This document shows, in pieces, positions 51,701 to 64,000 of a DNA stretch of 64,000 bases; positions within the stretch are counted from its first letter, which is position 1, and every line of letters starts with the position of its first letter. The DNA comes from Lytechinus pictus (lineage: Eukaryota): contig NC_087251.1 in NCBI RefSeq assembly GCF_037042905.1, forward strand, positions 24,120,001-24,184,000, read 5' to 3'. Both the position numbers and the translations under genes were made by a program. The notes under the pieces were generated by a model. That model worked only from the letters and a program-made list of their open reading frames with translations, made no database searches and had not been told where the DNA came from.

Positions 51701-54700
51701 GTACACAAACCTTGTATGTCATGGGTGTTCGTCGGACTAGTCAAGCAATCTCGGAATGTTTCCGAAAACATCTGAAAGTGACCAAAGTTTGAGGCTACAC
51801 GTTCAGAAAATTCGCAGCTTGCGCTCTCACTGGATGCGAGCTTGACGAAGCTGATCGATTGCACCGAACACCTAGCCTAGCTAGCTAGCTGTTTAGCCTG
51901 CCGCGGGGCACCGTGAGGATATTTCATGTGCATGTATGCTGCAATTATGTGAGTGTTGACAGACCGAGTGAGGTAAATTCAACCAAAGACAGCAGAATGT
52001 GGCAATAATGGATTCGTTAGAGGCCGAAAAAAGGACAAAACCCAGTGCAAGGATATATCTTCACAATGCTTACAAAGAGTGGGTCCGACAAAGGGACAGC
52101 TTTCTTAAATCCCGGCCCAGAAGCAGGCTTGGGCAATCTGATGAAGAGTTCGCCCTCCACCTTCTCCATGGCCATGGCTTTAGTGGACTACATGGCTTGC
52201 AGGCCCACAGCCCGGCAGGGGTAGCTTGCATGCAGCTGCATACGCGCCGCAGCGAAATCGAATAGCCGAGATATCCCAATTCGTTCAGTTCAATTTCACT
52301 GGTCCTAAATATGGAGATTATAATGCCTTCAGTCCAGAGAAAGCGAATTGCTCGCAAATACATGAATTACCCCTGGCTGGATGCTTTAATAGAGGATTTG
52401 GTAACCTCACCGCATTGGTCAACCTTTTGTCAATTTTGACATAGAATTGTGTGAGATCAGTTTGCAATTAAACTGAATCTCTATAGTTGATGTAGAAACT
52501 CCTAGTTCTTGAAAGGAGAGATGAGAATGAATGCTGTGATAGTCACATCCCATCCCATAAAGTTGATATAGAAACTCCTAGTTCTTTAAAGGAGAGATGA
52601 GAATGAATGCTGTGATAGTCACATCCCATCCCATAAAGTTGATATAGAAACTCCTAGTTCTTTAAAGGAGAGATGAGAATGAATGCTGTGATAGTCACAT
52701 CCCATCCCATAAAGTTGATGTAGAAACTCCTAGTTCTTGAAAGGAGAGATGAGAATGAATGCTGTGATAGTCACATCCCATCCCATAAAGTTGATATAGA
52801 AACTCCTAGTTCTTTAAAGGAGAGATGAGAATGAATGCTGTGATAGTCACATCCCATCCCATAAAGTTGATATAGAAACTCCTAGTTCTTTAAAGGAGAG
52901 ATGAGAATGAATGCTGTGATAGTCACATCCCATCCCATAAAGTTGATATAGAAACTCCTAGTTCTTTAAAGGAGAGATGAGAATTAATGCTGTGATAGTC
53001 ACATCCCATCCCATAAAGTTGATATAGAAACTCCTAGTTCTTTAAAGGAGAGATGAGAATGAATGCTGTGATAGTCACATCCCATCCCATAAAGTTGATA
53101 TAGAAACTCCTAGTTGTTGAAAGGAGAGATGAGAATGAATGCTGTGATAGTCACATCCCATCCCATAAAGTTGATGTAGAAACTCCTAGTTCTTTAAAGG
53201 AGAGATGAGAATGAATGCTGTGATAGTCACATCCCATCCCATAAAGTTGATATAGAAACTCGTAGTTCTTTAAAGGAGAGATGAGAATGAATGCTGTGAT
53301 AGTCACATCCCATCCCATAAAGTTGATATAGAAACTCCTAGTTCTTTAAAGGAGAGATGAGAATGAATGCTGTGATAGTCACATCCCATCCCATAAAGTT
53401 GATGTAGAAACTCCTAGCTCTTTAAAGGAGAGATGAGAATGAATGCTGTGATAGTCACATCCCATCCCATAAAGTTGATATAGAAACTCCTAGTTCTTTA
53501 AAGGAGAGATGAGAATGAATGCTGTGATAGTCACATCCCATCCCATAAAGTTGATATAGAAACTCCTAGTTCTTTAAAGGAGAGATGAGAATGAATGCTG
53601 TGATAGTCACATCCCATCCCATAAAGTTGATATAGAAACTCCTAGTTCTTGAAAGGAGAGATGAGAATGAATGCTGTGATAGTCACATCCCATCCCATAA
53701 AGTTGATATAGAAACTCCTAGTTCTTGAAAGGAGAGATGAGAATGAATGCTGTGATAGTCACATCCCATCCCATAAAGTTGATATAGAAACTCCTAGTTC
53801 TTTAAAGGAGAGATGAGAATGAATGCTGTGATAGTCACATCCCATCCCATAAAGTTGATATAGAAACTCCTAGTTCTTTAAAGGAGAGATGAGAATGAAT
53901 GCTGTGATAGTCACATCCCATCCCATATAGTTGATATAGAAACTCCTAGTTCTTGAAAGGAGAGATGAGAATGAATGCTGTGATAGTCACATCCCATCCC
54001 ATAAAGTTGATGTAGAAACTCCTAGTTCTTTAAAGGAGAGATGAGAATGAATGCTGTGATAGTCACATCCCATCCCATAAAGTTGATATAGAAACTCCTA
54101 GTTCTTGAAAGGAGAGATGAGAATGAATGCTGTGATAGTCACATCCCATCCCATAAAGTTGATATAGAAACTCCTAGTTCTTTAAAGGAGAGATGAGAAT
54201 GAATGCTGTGATAGTCACATCCCATCCCATAAAGTTGATATAGAAACTCCTAGTTCTTGAAAGGAGAGATGAGAATGAATGCTGTGATAGTCACATCCCA
54301 TCCCATAAAGTTGATATAGAAACTCCTAGTTCTTGAAAGGAGAGATGAGAATGAATGCTGTGATAGATGCTGTGATAGTCACATCCCATCCCATAAAGTT
54401 GATATAGAAACTCCTAGTTCTTTAAAGGAGAGATGAGAATGAATGCTGTGATAGTCACATCCCATCCCATAAAGTTGATATAGAAACTCCTAGTTCTTTA
54501 AAGGAGAGATGAGAATGAATGCTGTGATAGTCACATCCCATCCCATAAAGTTGATATAGAAACTCCTAGTTCTTTAAAGGAGAGATGAGAATGAATGCTG
54601 TGATAGTCACATCCCATCCCATAAAGTTGATATAGAAACTCCTAGTTCTTTAAAGGAGAGAAGAGAATGAATGCTGTGATAGTCACATCCCATCCCATAA

Positions 54701-57114
54701 AGTTGATATAGAAACTCCTAGTTCTTTAAAGGAGAGATGAGAATGAATGCTGTGATAGTCACATCCCATCCCATAAAGTTGATATAGAAACTCCTAGTTC
54801 TTGAAAGGAGAGATGAGAATGAATGCTGTGATAGTCACATCCCATCCCATAAAGTTGATGTAGAAACTCCTAGTTCTTTAAAGGAGAGATGAGAATGAAT
54901 GCTGTGATAGTCACATCCCATCCCATAAAGTTGATATAGAAACTCCTAGTTCTTTAAAGGAGAGATGAGAATGAATGCTGTGATAGTCACATCCCATCCC
55001 ATAAAGTTGATATAGAAACTCCTAGTTCTTGAAAGGAGAGATGAGAATGAATGCTGTGATAGTCACATCCCATCCCATAAAGTTGATGTAGAAACTCCTA
55101 GTTCTTTAAAGGAGAGATGAGAATGAATGCTGTGATAGTCACATCCCATCCCATAAAGTTGATATAGAAACTCCTAGTTCTTGAAAGGAGAGATGAGAAT
55201 GAATGCTGTGATAGTCACATCCCATCCCATAAAGTTGATATAGAAACTCCTAGTTCTTTAAAGGAGAGATGAGAATGAATGCTGTGATAGTCACATCCCA
55301 TCCCATAAAGTTGATATAGAAACTCCTAGTTCTTTAAAGGAGAGAAGAGAATGAATGCTGTGATAGTCACATCCCATCCCATAAAGTTGATATAGAAACT
55401 CCTAGTTCTTTAAAGGAGAGATGAGAATGAATGCTGTGATAGTCACATCCCATCCCATAAAGTTGATATAGAAACTCCTAGTTCTTGAAAGGAGAGATGA
55501 GAATGAATGCTGTGATAGTCACATCCCATCCCATAAAGTTGATGTAGAAACTCCTAGTTCTTGAAAGGAGAGATGAGAATGAATGCTGTGATAGTCACAT
55601 CCCATCCCATAAAGTTGATGTAGAAACTCCTAGTTCTTGAAAGGAGAGATGAGAATGAATGCTGTGATAGTCACATCCCATCCCATAAAGTTGATATAGA
55701 AACTCCTAGTTCTTTAAAGGAGAGATGAGAATGAATGCTGTGATAGTCACATCCCCCATAAACTAAAAATGTGCCTTGTAGAATGATCACCTATGTCAGA
55801 GAAACAAATCTTCAGTCATAATTTCAATCAGTTTGATATACTATGTTAGGCTATTTCTTTAAAAGATGACCATGATTATAAAGTATGAAAAATATTGATC
55901 TATATCACTCTCTTACAGTGATTCCTAAACATCAATGGTATTCAATTTTGCTGACGTTATTAGATGATTTACAAAAAAAAAAATTCTCATATTTTCTTCC
56001 CTTTGCGAAGCCATTGCTGCTAGTAATGTTGAAGATGTCAGGACAGTACTGGAATTCTACCAACAGTTTGATGACCCAATGGAAGCTTTCAGGATTAACC
56101 AGGCTAGATTACAGGTCAGAATAATTATATCATATTGACTGTCCTGAAAGGGATACCACACGTATATATTTCCCAAAGTAGTCTCATATTGCCCCAAGTT
56201 GTGACAGGAGTAATATGGGTCTTCCGAGGAAAATATATTTGTGGTATCTCCCAGAAACTAACGCCATTCAATATTATTAATACCTACAGCTGGATGATAT
56301 GTCATTCAAGCAATTATTTGTAGCAGTTTATATGCCTGCTTGTTTTTTTCCTACTGCTGATTTCAGGTTATTAATGAAGTAATCCTGGCTACCGGTATAT
56401 CATGTCATAAATTGTTATCGTGCAGGCAAGAACGATGCGCTGCATGCGCATCCAATGTGCACACAACCTTATGCTTGGGTTTGATCAGCTGAGAATATGG
56501 ATATTATGGGCTGAAATTTAGTACAGAGGTGCAATAGGAAAATAACAAATCTCATCGAGGAGGGATGTATGAATATTACGTTTTACAGTTTAGAATTATT
56601 AGACCACTTTCCTACTAATGTTCCATACGGTATGGTCTAATAATTATTACCAAAGCTGTAGTTTTTTTTTTTTTCTGAATATTTTGTCAAAATCTAACAC
56701 AAAATGAAATTTTCATTTGAAAAGTTATAAATTTTCCCCCCACTTCGCTAGCTTGGCACTTTTAAGAAATTTGTCACACACTATTTTGTGCCCCCCTCAA
56801 TTTTTGGTTCACTAAACCACTGATTGTAACTTTGTCATTATGGCAAACTACTGTAGTAACATGGCTCAGCAGCCAATCTCAATCAAGGATATGGTGGTTG
56901 CCATAATGGCAGTGCTACTGAAGTTGTAACTCTTTATATGAAACAGGCCCCTGAATATTAGATCAACATACTCTTGATGATTAATATTTCATCTTCATTT
57001 GATGTATTTTAGAGAGAGCAAGAGGAAGAGGCAAAGAGACTAGCAGAAGCCAAAGAGAAAGGTGGTACATCACTAGTAGGAGGCTTGACCAAGGGATTGA
57101 TTGGAAGAAGATGA
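42799..57114 (+). CDS. TIMM50: Mitochondrial import inner membrane translocase subunit TIM50 (~394 aa, 9 exons)
   Basis: Exons 42799-43180, 45744-45775, 46253-46333, 46785-46904, 48389-48496, 50291-50389, 50986-51142, 56011-56114, 57013-57114. Arg-rich presequence, TM segment, [50 protein letters not shown]. Confidence 0.96.
43283..43912. mobile_element. TIR-bounded non-autonomous element in TIMM50 intron 1
   Basis: ggggtgtccaaacttcgcg vs cgcgatgtttggactcac inverted termini. Confidence 0.5.
49755..50001. mobile_element. Palindromic MITE with 9-bp TSD (AcademH- or Mutator-like)
   Basis: tagccttgaggactc / gagtcctcaaggcta; perfect TSD tgcttaacc (49746-54, 50002-10). Confidence 0.85.
52485..55761. 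repeat. 76-bp tandem array, ~43 copies, in TIMM50 intron 7
   Basis: Unit agttgatatagaaactcctagttctttaaaggagagatgagaatgaatgctgtgatagtcacatcccatcccataa; two recurrent variant sites; one 12-bp duplication near 54360. Confidence 0.97.
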
Positions 57115-59914
57115 AACTCCTTGTGTAAACAAATCCGTCTTGTCATCACCTTATTCATTCAAACTTTGCCTGTCTACTATCTCAGATGTATGTTTGTCAA
57201 GGAGAAACCAGTTTTTACCTCCATATGCAGCAATTGTATTTTCCTTTTGCACTTTCCGATTGGACCGGGGAAGACTCGCGTATAAGACACTACTGAAGAG
57301 TCGAATTTGGGGCTGTTCAGGTTTTGAAGAAATTTGTTTCTATGTTGGAGAATGAGTACCTATCTGGCTCTTGGTCGATTGATATCAAAGTCTTGCTGCA
57401 CTTTATTCAAATTGATCTCAACTATGGAAAGCCAGTGACACCATAATTTGTCATCTAGAATGGAATTCGAGTGACCCGCTATTTAAAAAAAATATAGATT
57501 TTGATCAATACTTAAATATTCCAAAATTTTTGGCATGAAATGTTTAATTCAAGACAGCATCAGTTCCTGTGCATGTGCGTGCATCAGATGTGCATTCAGT
57601 CATATTACACTGTAATTGCATTGTCTGTGTTGATCTGTTTGTTCATCTAGCTGGTTCTTGTTTTTCCTGCAATTAATTTTCACAGAAGATGAAAATGAAT
57701 GTATATTTCATGCTGCACTTCCCTTGTGTCAATAGGGTGAATTATCTGCACGGATTCATGAATGGTGGCAATAATTGAAAATTGAATTAGCATGATTAGT
57801 GATAATTCTCTTATTCAGAGTTTGCTGTGATGAATGCCAGGTAAAAAAGCTTGCTGGCAAAATGTTGAATTGCATGAAGTGTCCAAGCATAGTTCACTCA
57901 TTTGACATTGATTCAACCAGTTATGCTCTATTTTGCTTATAAGAGGGCAAAATCATTCTATATGATAGATAGGTCATCACTGGCATTCCATGGGTAAGAT
58001 TAATGAAATTCGTTGTGAATCCTTGTAAAAGAAGGCCTTTGTTTGTTTGTCATCAATAACTAGCTTTGCATACCAGTTGGTAATAATGTCCATATTTCCC
58101 AAAGCATCTTCAAATTCTAGTACTATATGTTTTTTTTTCTATATCTTCATATATATGTGTTTAATGGGGGTCCATCCTGACTTCCAAGTTGGTTTGATAA
58201 AGGGGAAAATGAGAGATTTAATGAAAATCCACCACAGACTATCAGAGTTAAGAACACATGAGCAGCAGCACCCGCTGAATGGAATGCAATATCACGATGA
58301 ACCACATATAAAAAGTCAATTCATGAAATTCATAGAGCGGCTTGCATGTGACATTTCCCCAAAAAAGTCTTGGTGGACCTCCCCTCAAGACAATTGTCAA
58401 TTGTGAGATAATTGAATTTGAATATTGAATCTGGTAGAATTAACCAGTGCATGTAGAATGTGTATGTATGTACTGTAAAGGAATAAATCCCTGCGCCAAA
58501 ATTTTGGTCTCTTGGATGTAATTTAGATAGTGAATTGTTTCATGCCATTAATAATTAAATAACAATTCGCAAGAGAATGTGATGATTTTATAATAGATTT
58601 CAAACTATCAAAATATCTTCAGATTTTTGCAGTAATGACAATTTTTAATGGTTGTTACTTAAAAGCTACGTTCACATATACACCTCTACGATCACTGTAC
58701 AAAAGATTTTATACCATTTATTGCTATGTATAAAAATAGTTTGTATGGTGTTTGTAAAGGTACATGTATTTGTGACTGTAGTACAAGTTTCAGGCCTTGG
58801 GAATTGCTGGTTGGACAAAGTAGTAATCTTGTATTTCATCTTAATAAACCAGAATAAAGTACTGATTTTTTTCTCAAGTTTATTAGCCAATCAAAACCAA
58901 GGATTTCTCTGATGTCAGAGAAAGACAATTTGTTAGTTTGTAGGGTCGAATGAAAATTCTATGAATTACTTGTTAAAATAGGCAAACGTGGCCTGTCTTA
59001 TCCAGTAAGTATTTTATATATTGACACTATACATTTGTTATATAGGCTCATTATAACTGTTATATGGTTTGATTCTTAAAACCACACTGGTCATATGGGG
59101 TTTAATTTGTCTTTTTTTTAAATACAAGATTAGGCCGGTAGGTTGGTCAATTTTATCTTATTGAATATTTTGAGTGCATGACGGCTACAGAGCGCATAGA
59201 ATATTATCATAACACAAGTTTTACCAACATTTTCGGAGCTTTTAAGGTAGATACTTTAAATTGGTGAGTTGAAGTCTACTTAAATGACCCCTACATTTTT
59301 GCTTGTGTAATATTTGTGTATTTATTTTCTAACCATGAGCAAGGGCAAACTTAAATTGTTGGGTCTGCTTCTGTATAAATGAAGTCCCACACTTTATACC
59401 TGTATTTTCTTATTTAAATGTGCACTTATGAGCAATGCTACATTAACCTTTTTTTTTTTAAGATATACATAAAATAAAATAATGATAGAAACTTGAGCAC
59501 TCTTGCAGCTTTTTACAGTGAAAAACACCAAATAAAAATAAAATTACATATGGAAATTAAATGTAAAACGATGATAATTCAAAACGGTATTCAGTTTTTT
59601 TTTTTTTAGTTTAAATGACTACTTGCAAGACTTTCCTGAATTCCTCTGATTACAACAGGTAAAAAAAAAAGATGGATGTGCTGTTAAGGACTGGGCCAAA
59701 TATACTGGTATATTAGACTCTTCAGTATTGTCTGACACCTGGGGCCCATAACGCAAAGCTTAACTATTGATCATATCACTGTCAAAATCTGCCATATAAT
59801 CAATCACAGAGTTTTATGTAGCAGGTCCCAGTTGTCAGATTTTACATTTGACTTCAAACGATATTTTGAAGCAGATATAATGGTTACCCAGTACTAGTGT
59901 CTGCTGTCTGCACA

Positions 59915-60593
59915 ATGCTACTATTACACTTGCATGATATTGGGCCACGACTAGTTCACGCATCGAGTCGTGCCACGTCATTCCATGTTGTGAAGTGTGC
60001 GGGCCAGTGCGGACAATGCTTGAAGTGTCATGCCAAAATTTTAGAATTTCTAAAATCTTGGCACGACAAATTTCTGGGATTATTGGCGTGAACTATTTGT
60101 AAACTGTGGTGCGCAACCTCGTGCCATGGCACGCATTTCATAACTAGTTCACGACTAGTTTACGAGTAGTTTGTGACAAGTTAAACAATAGTTTGCGCAT
60201 AGTTCACGCTCGCATAAGAATTGCCTCAAAGTCATACGCATGCGCAGTTTTGCTATATCAAACAGCAATTCATGAAGTTTGATTTTATGCTCCAATGAAT
60301 GATAATGAATTGAATGACGTGACCAATAGCATGTACAGCATCAACTTTGACAAAGAAATGTAAGGGCCATACACAAGCAAAATAGTTACTATTGTCCCCA
60401 GACAATATTGGGCCCATCTGATGCTCGATAAGCACCTGGTAACAGTGCACGAACTATTTGTAAATAATGCGTAAACTAGTCGGGACTATGGCACGAAGCA
60501 ATGACCCATTTCATGCCTCACATTGTCACAAACTGGCACGATAAAATCGTGCCAATGCGGGAACCCAAAATCGTGCAAGTGTAATAGCAGCAT
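59915..60593. mobile_element. TIR-bounded non-autonomous element (Harbinger-like)
   Basis: atgctactattacacttgca / tgcaagtgtaatagcagcat; internal cacga/tcgtg repeats. Confidence 0.7.
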
Positions 60594-61268
60594 AAGTCAA
60601 TCTTCTTTTAAGATAGTTGCCAAGGTTAAAGCAATTTTTCTGGACTAGATTTTGCAAAGCATGTGTTATTCATATCTAAAGTCAAGAAGATATCTGTGGT
60701 CCTAAAACATGACTTCAGCAGGCTCACCTGTATGTAATTCATAATTATATTTTTCATTTGGCAGTGGCTATAACAATCATATCATATACCTTTTGTAACA
60801 CGAGTGATAAGTGCAAAATTTGTCAAATTGCAGTTAGTAAGAAGCTCTTGCATATTGTATCAAGGCTTTTATTCAGCCTCTACCTACTTGATAAAAATGG
60901 TATCAGTATTTCAGTACACTATTTCATATAGAGTGGTGCTCAAAACTTGGTGAACCCCACCCAAAAATGAACATATTTAAAGTTGTTTAGAGTTCTGCCA
61001 GCATTTAGATTCCTCATTTTGAAGTCAGGTGATTAAATATTACATTCAATAAAGATTGTTTCTCTGGACCCACCGAACATTGCAGTGTTGTTGTTTACAT
61101 TCAACACTTGGCATGGAATAATGCATTTTTTGAAATGGCTTACTAACTATCGAGCACAACTGTATGATTATATAAGTAATCGAGATAGAGAGAGACTGAT
61201 ACAAGAGACACTAGGTCAAGTACCAAACATCAATACAGTCAAACATGCTTATTAAAATGAAACCTGTT

Positions 61269-61480
61269 GGGGTGTCTCACAAAGATTTAAGTGTGACTTA
61301 AGTTGCACTTAAACCCTGACGCATACACGATATGCAACGCGCAATCTTATTAATAGTAATACGCGGTAGTGCACATTCTCTTGGCATGAACTGACCAATA
61401 TGGTCATGCCTTTTATAACGCACGCAATTAGGCATTTAAGTGCGACTCCAAGTCATACTTAAATCTTTGTGAAACACCCC
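61269..61480. mobile_element. Harbinger-like palindromic MITE
   Basis: ggggtgtctcacaaagatttaagtgtgactt / aagtcatacttaaatctttgtgaaacacccc. Confidence 0.75.
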
Positions 61481-63952
61481 TTGTAAAATTAAAGATTTTT
61501 CATCTATAAAGGCTGTATGACCCGGTAGTATAGTTCTAATTTAGACAGCAAAGCTGCCAATGAAGACCACCTGCCTATAAGAACTACATTTTGTTTCTTT
61601 GAGTAGTATGTGCTATGCTGAGTTTTCTGAACATATTCTTGACCAAGTGAAAACTCTGATGAATTGTTTGTTTTCATCTTAACTACAAATTGCAGTAAAA
61701 ATATTCTTTGCAAAAAAATGCTCTTCAGATGCCCTAACTTTCAAAATATGACAAACATTTCTGTGTGCAGTATATACATTTATAACCACAATAAAGAGTT
61801 TTTCATGATTATTTTTGTGATTAAAACAATTCTGATGGTATACACTCATTCTCATTTGCATCATAATCAAAATTTCCCAATCATTTGGAGGCTGCTTCTT
61901 CTACAGCTAAATTGGCATAATAATTCCAATTATTTCAACACGATCATATTGCATAAAAATTGAAATTCACTCATTTCAAATATGAACACTTATGAGGTCA
62001 CATAGCTTTGATTGATTCAGTAGTCAACCACACTATGAACAATTATTTTATCCCCCAACATACACAGATGAGTTGTCATAGCGATTATAGGAAATGTATT
62101 ACCTATTCAAATACATTTAATTGGAGTACATGCATGAAAAAGGTTTTCCTTACATTATAATTTATTTCACATTTGATTCAGATAAGTTCATGCTAAAAGT
62201 GAGAATATATATTTTCCAATCCTTATTATTTGGAAATAGGTATTATGTAATATACTACATTTACTACTTGTTTACTTATCCTATAACTTGGATATACCGG
62301 TATTTTCATTTACCACAAATATAACAAATGAAAGCATCTTTGACACACCTTTGTGATAACAAAACTTAATCAAATCATGATTTTCATCTCAACAGAAAAA
62401 TACTGTATATATGTACCAGTATTCAATTCTCGTCATTTGTCATGTTGTCGTGCAATGCCAGCTTCATTTTACAAATGATAGATATCAGAAAAGTAAAAAT
62501 AATATAAACAATGAGCAACCACAATTTTTTTTCACTTTGTCCATATGGCAAGATTTTTTCTTGGCACTTATTCAATTCCATCAAACAATATCAATCTCTC
62601 TTGATTCTAGACGTGTCATGGTCGTCAATTGGCAATACATAATAGATAAATCCCACTTCTCTAACATTTTAAAAAAGAGATACATATATATTCATTGATG
62701 AATGATACCGGTGGTTGTACAATAATGAATTTTGTATACAGAAAGAAAATAGTTCAATGTGATAGAAAATAAGGTTCAAGTTGAAGTTACTATTGTAGCC
62801 TGATTATGATCTTAATTTCATTTGATAAATTTTGTAAGACAAGATTTAAATTGAATAATTATAGGTTTTTCAAACTGCCCCACAGTTTTAGCATATTTTG
62901 CACAAAATTTTTTTTATATCCCCAAATCATTACATCTCTTTCACCCTCTCTCTCACACATTCTAGAGCTTTGTAAATTCAAAGGTATACCTTGAAGAAAA
63001 ATAGTTAGTCCTTACAAGAACGAATAAAGGTGTAAGTTTTCATGTGAGAGAATGTGAAAACATTTCATGATTTTGGAAAGAAATTTGTAGCTTGGCTGAA
63101 CAAATAATATTCCCAGCATTTTATTTATAAAAAAAAACCCAAAAAACAAATAACTCTCAGAAAAAGTAAAGGGGTATCATTTAAGTTCAAAGCACTATCC
63201 CCCCCAAAAAAAAATATCAAAGTAAAAATACAAGTTCTAACAATATAATCATGAAGACCTGAATTAACGAAATTGGTGTCAAAACCAATGAATTGAGTTT
63301 GAAAAATAGTTTTTAGATATGAAGGGTAGGTTCTGCACTACACTGATAGTGCATGCAAGTGTTTGACAGAGGGAGCCTAATTTGCTCTTGGTATTCAGAC
63401 TACTGAAATAACCCGTGATTATTGATTTAAATAAACTTGTTTAAAACCAGAGCAAAAAAAAGCATATATTTAGCATCCAGGACATGTGTTCACATATAGG
63501 CCTACCAATGCATCCTTTTCTATCTATATGCTAAATCAAGCACAAATTTCAGTGCAAAAAATCTACAAGCATACTGCATATACCGGTACTGCATGGTTTC
63601 AAATGCCTTTTCAAAACCACCTTTGTGAATTCAAGCCCAATCATTGTGAAGAATCACAAAGGATTGTAGGGTTTCATGACCATCACGCAATTAATATGAA
63701 GCACTATATTATTAATGATTACAATTTTGGTTGGTCACAAACCTATGTCAAAGTATACTCCGGTAGTAGCTTAACTTGCTCAATGGCAAAAAGTGTGAAG
63801 AAATGTAATTATGCCAATTTTTTTTTTCTTCAAAGTGAACATTCTGTAGAATAAAAGAATCCCATGGTCGCAGTTTGACTGAACAATGATGAATATTATA
63901 ATCATTAAACAAACAACAGTTCATTAAAATCCTCAACCAAGAAAAGCCATGG

Positions 63953-64000
63953 TTACAGCTTGCCTGAAACAATAGGCGGTGCTGCACCATCCCGAGTTTG
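63953..64000 (-). CDS. Possible last codons of a convergent gene beyond the window (..QTRDGAAPPIVSGKL*)
   Basis: GC-richer, coding-like edge ending in TAA and followed on the minus strand by ~3 kb of UTR-like sequence; only 15 codons are visible. Confidence 0.3.
   Translation of the reverse strand, partial: QTRDGAAPPIVSGKL

Noticed and set aside
52485..55761. CRISPR-like array
   Set aside because: Units are contiguous with no unique spacers, there are no cas genes, and it lies in a eukaryotic intron.
57115..63900. Short ORFs downstream of TIMM50
   Set aside because: No recognisable motifs or splice-consistent chains; the sequence looks like 3' UTR plus MITEs.

Overview
This is AT-rich, intron-containing animal DNA. 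The gene and repeat content suggest a marine invertebrate deuterostome, probably a sea urchin (inference). (1) 1505-15725 is a very young 14.2-kb Ty3/Gypsy LTR retrotransposon on the minus strand with two ~3,989-bp LTRs in which I saw one mismatch. It has gag, a -1 frameshift into PR-RT-RNaseH, and an integrase separated from RNaseH by stops and a candidate 109-nt intron. In the env position it carries an apparently spliced accessory gene for a two-C2H2-zinc-finger coiled-coil protein. (2) Two tandem TMEM35/NACHO-like genes with uninterrupted coding sequences. (3) A decayed Tc1 (DD34E) element with perfect TIRs. (4) MKKS/BBS6 on the minus strand, preceded by two exons that each encode a complete small membrane protein resembling human uMKKS1 and uMKKS2, suggesting a deeply conserved tricistronic mRNA. 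(5) TIMM50 lies head-to-head with it (9 coding exons), and intron 7 holds a ~43 x 76-bp tandem array. Many MITEs, a SINE and a Helentron-type element fill the gaps. All calls were read by eye; no searches were run.
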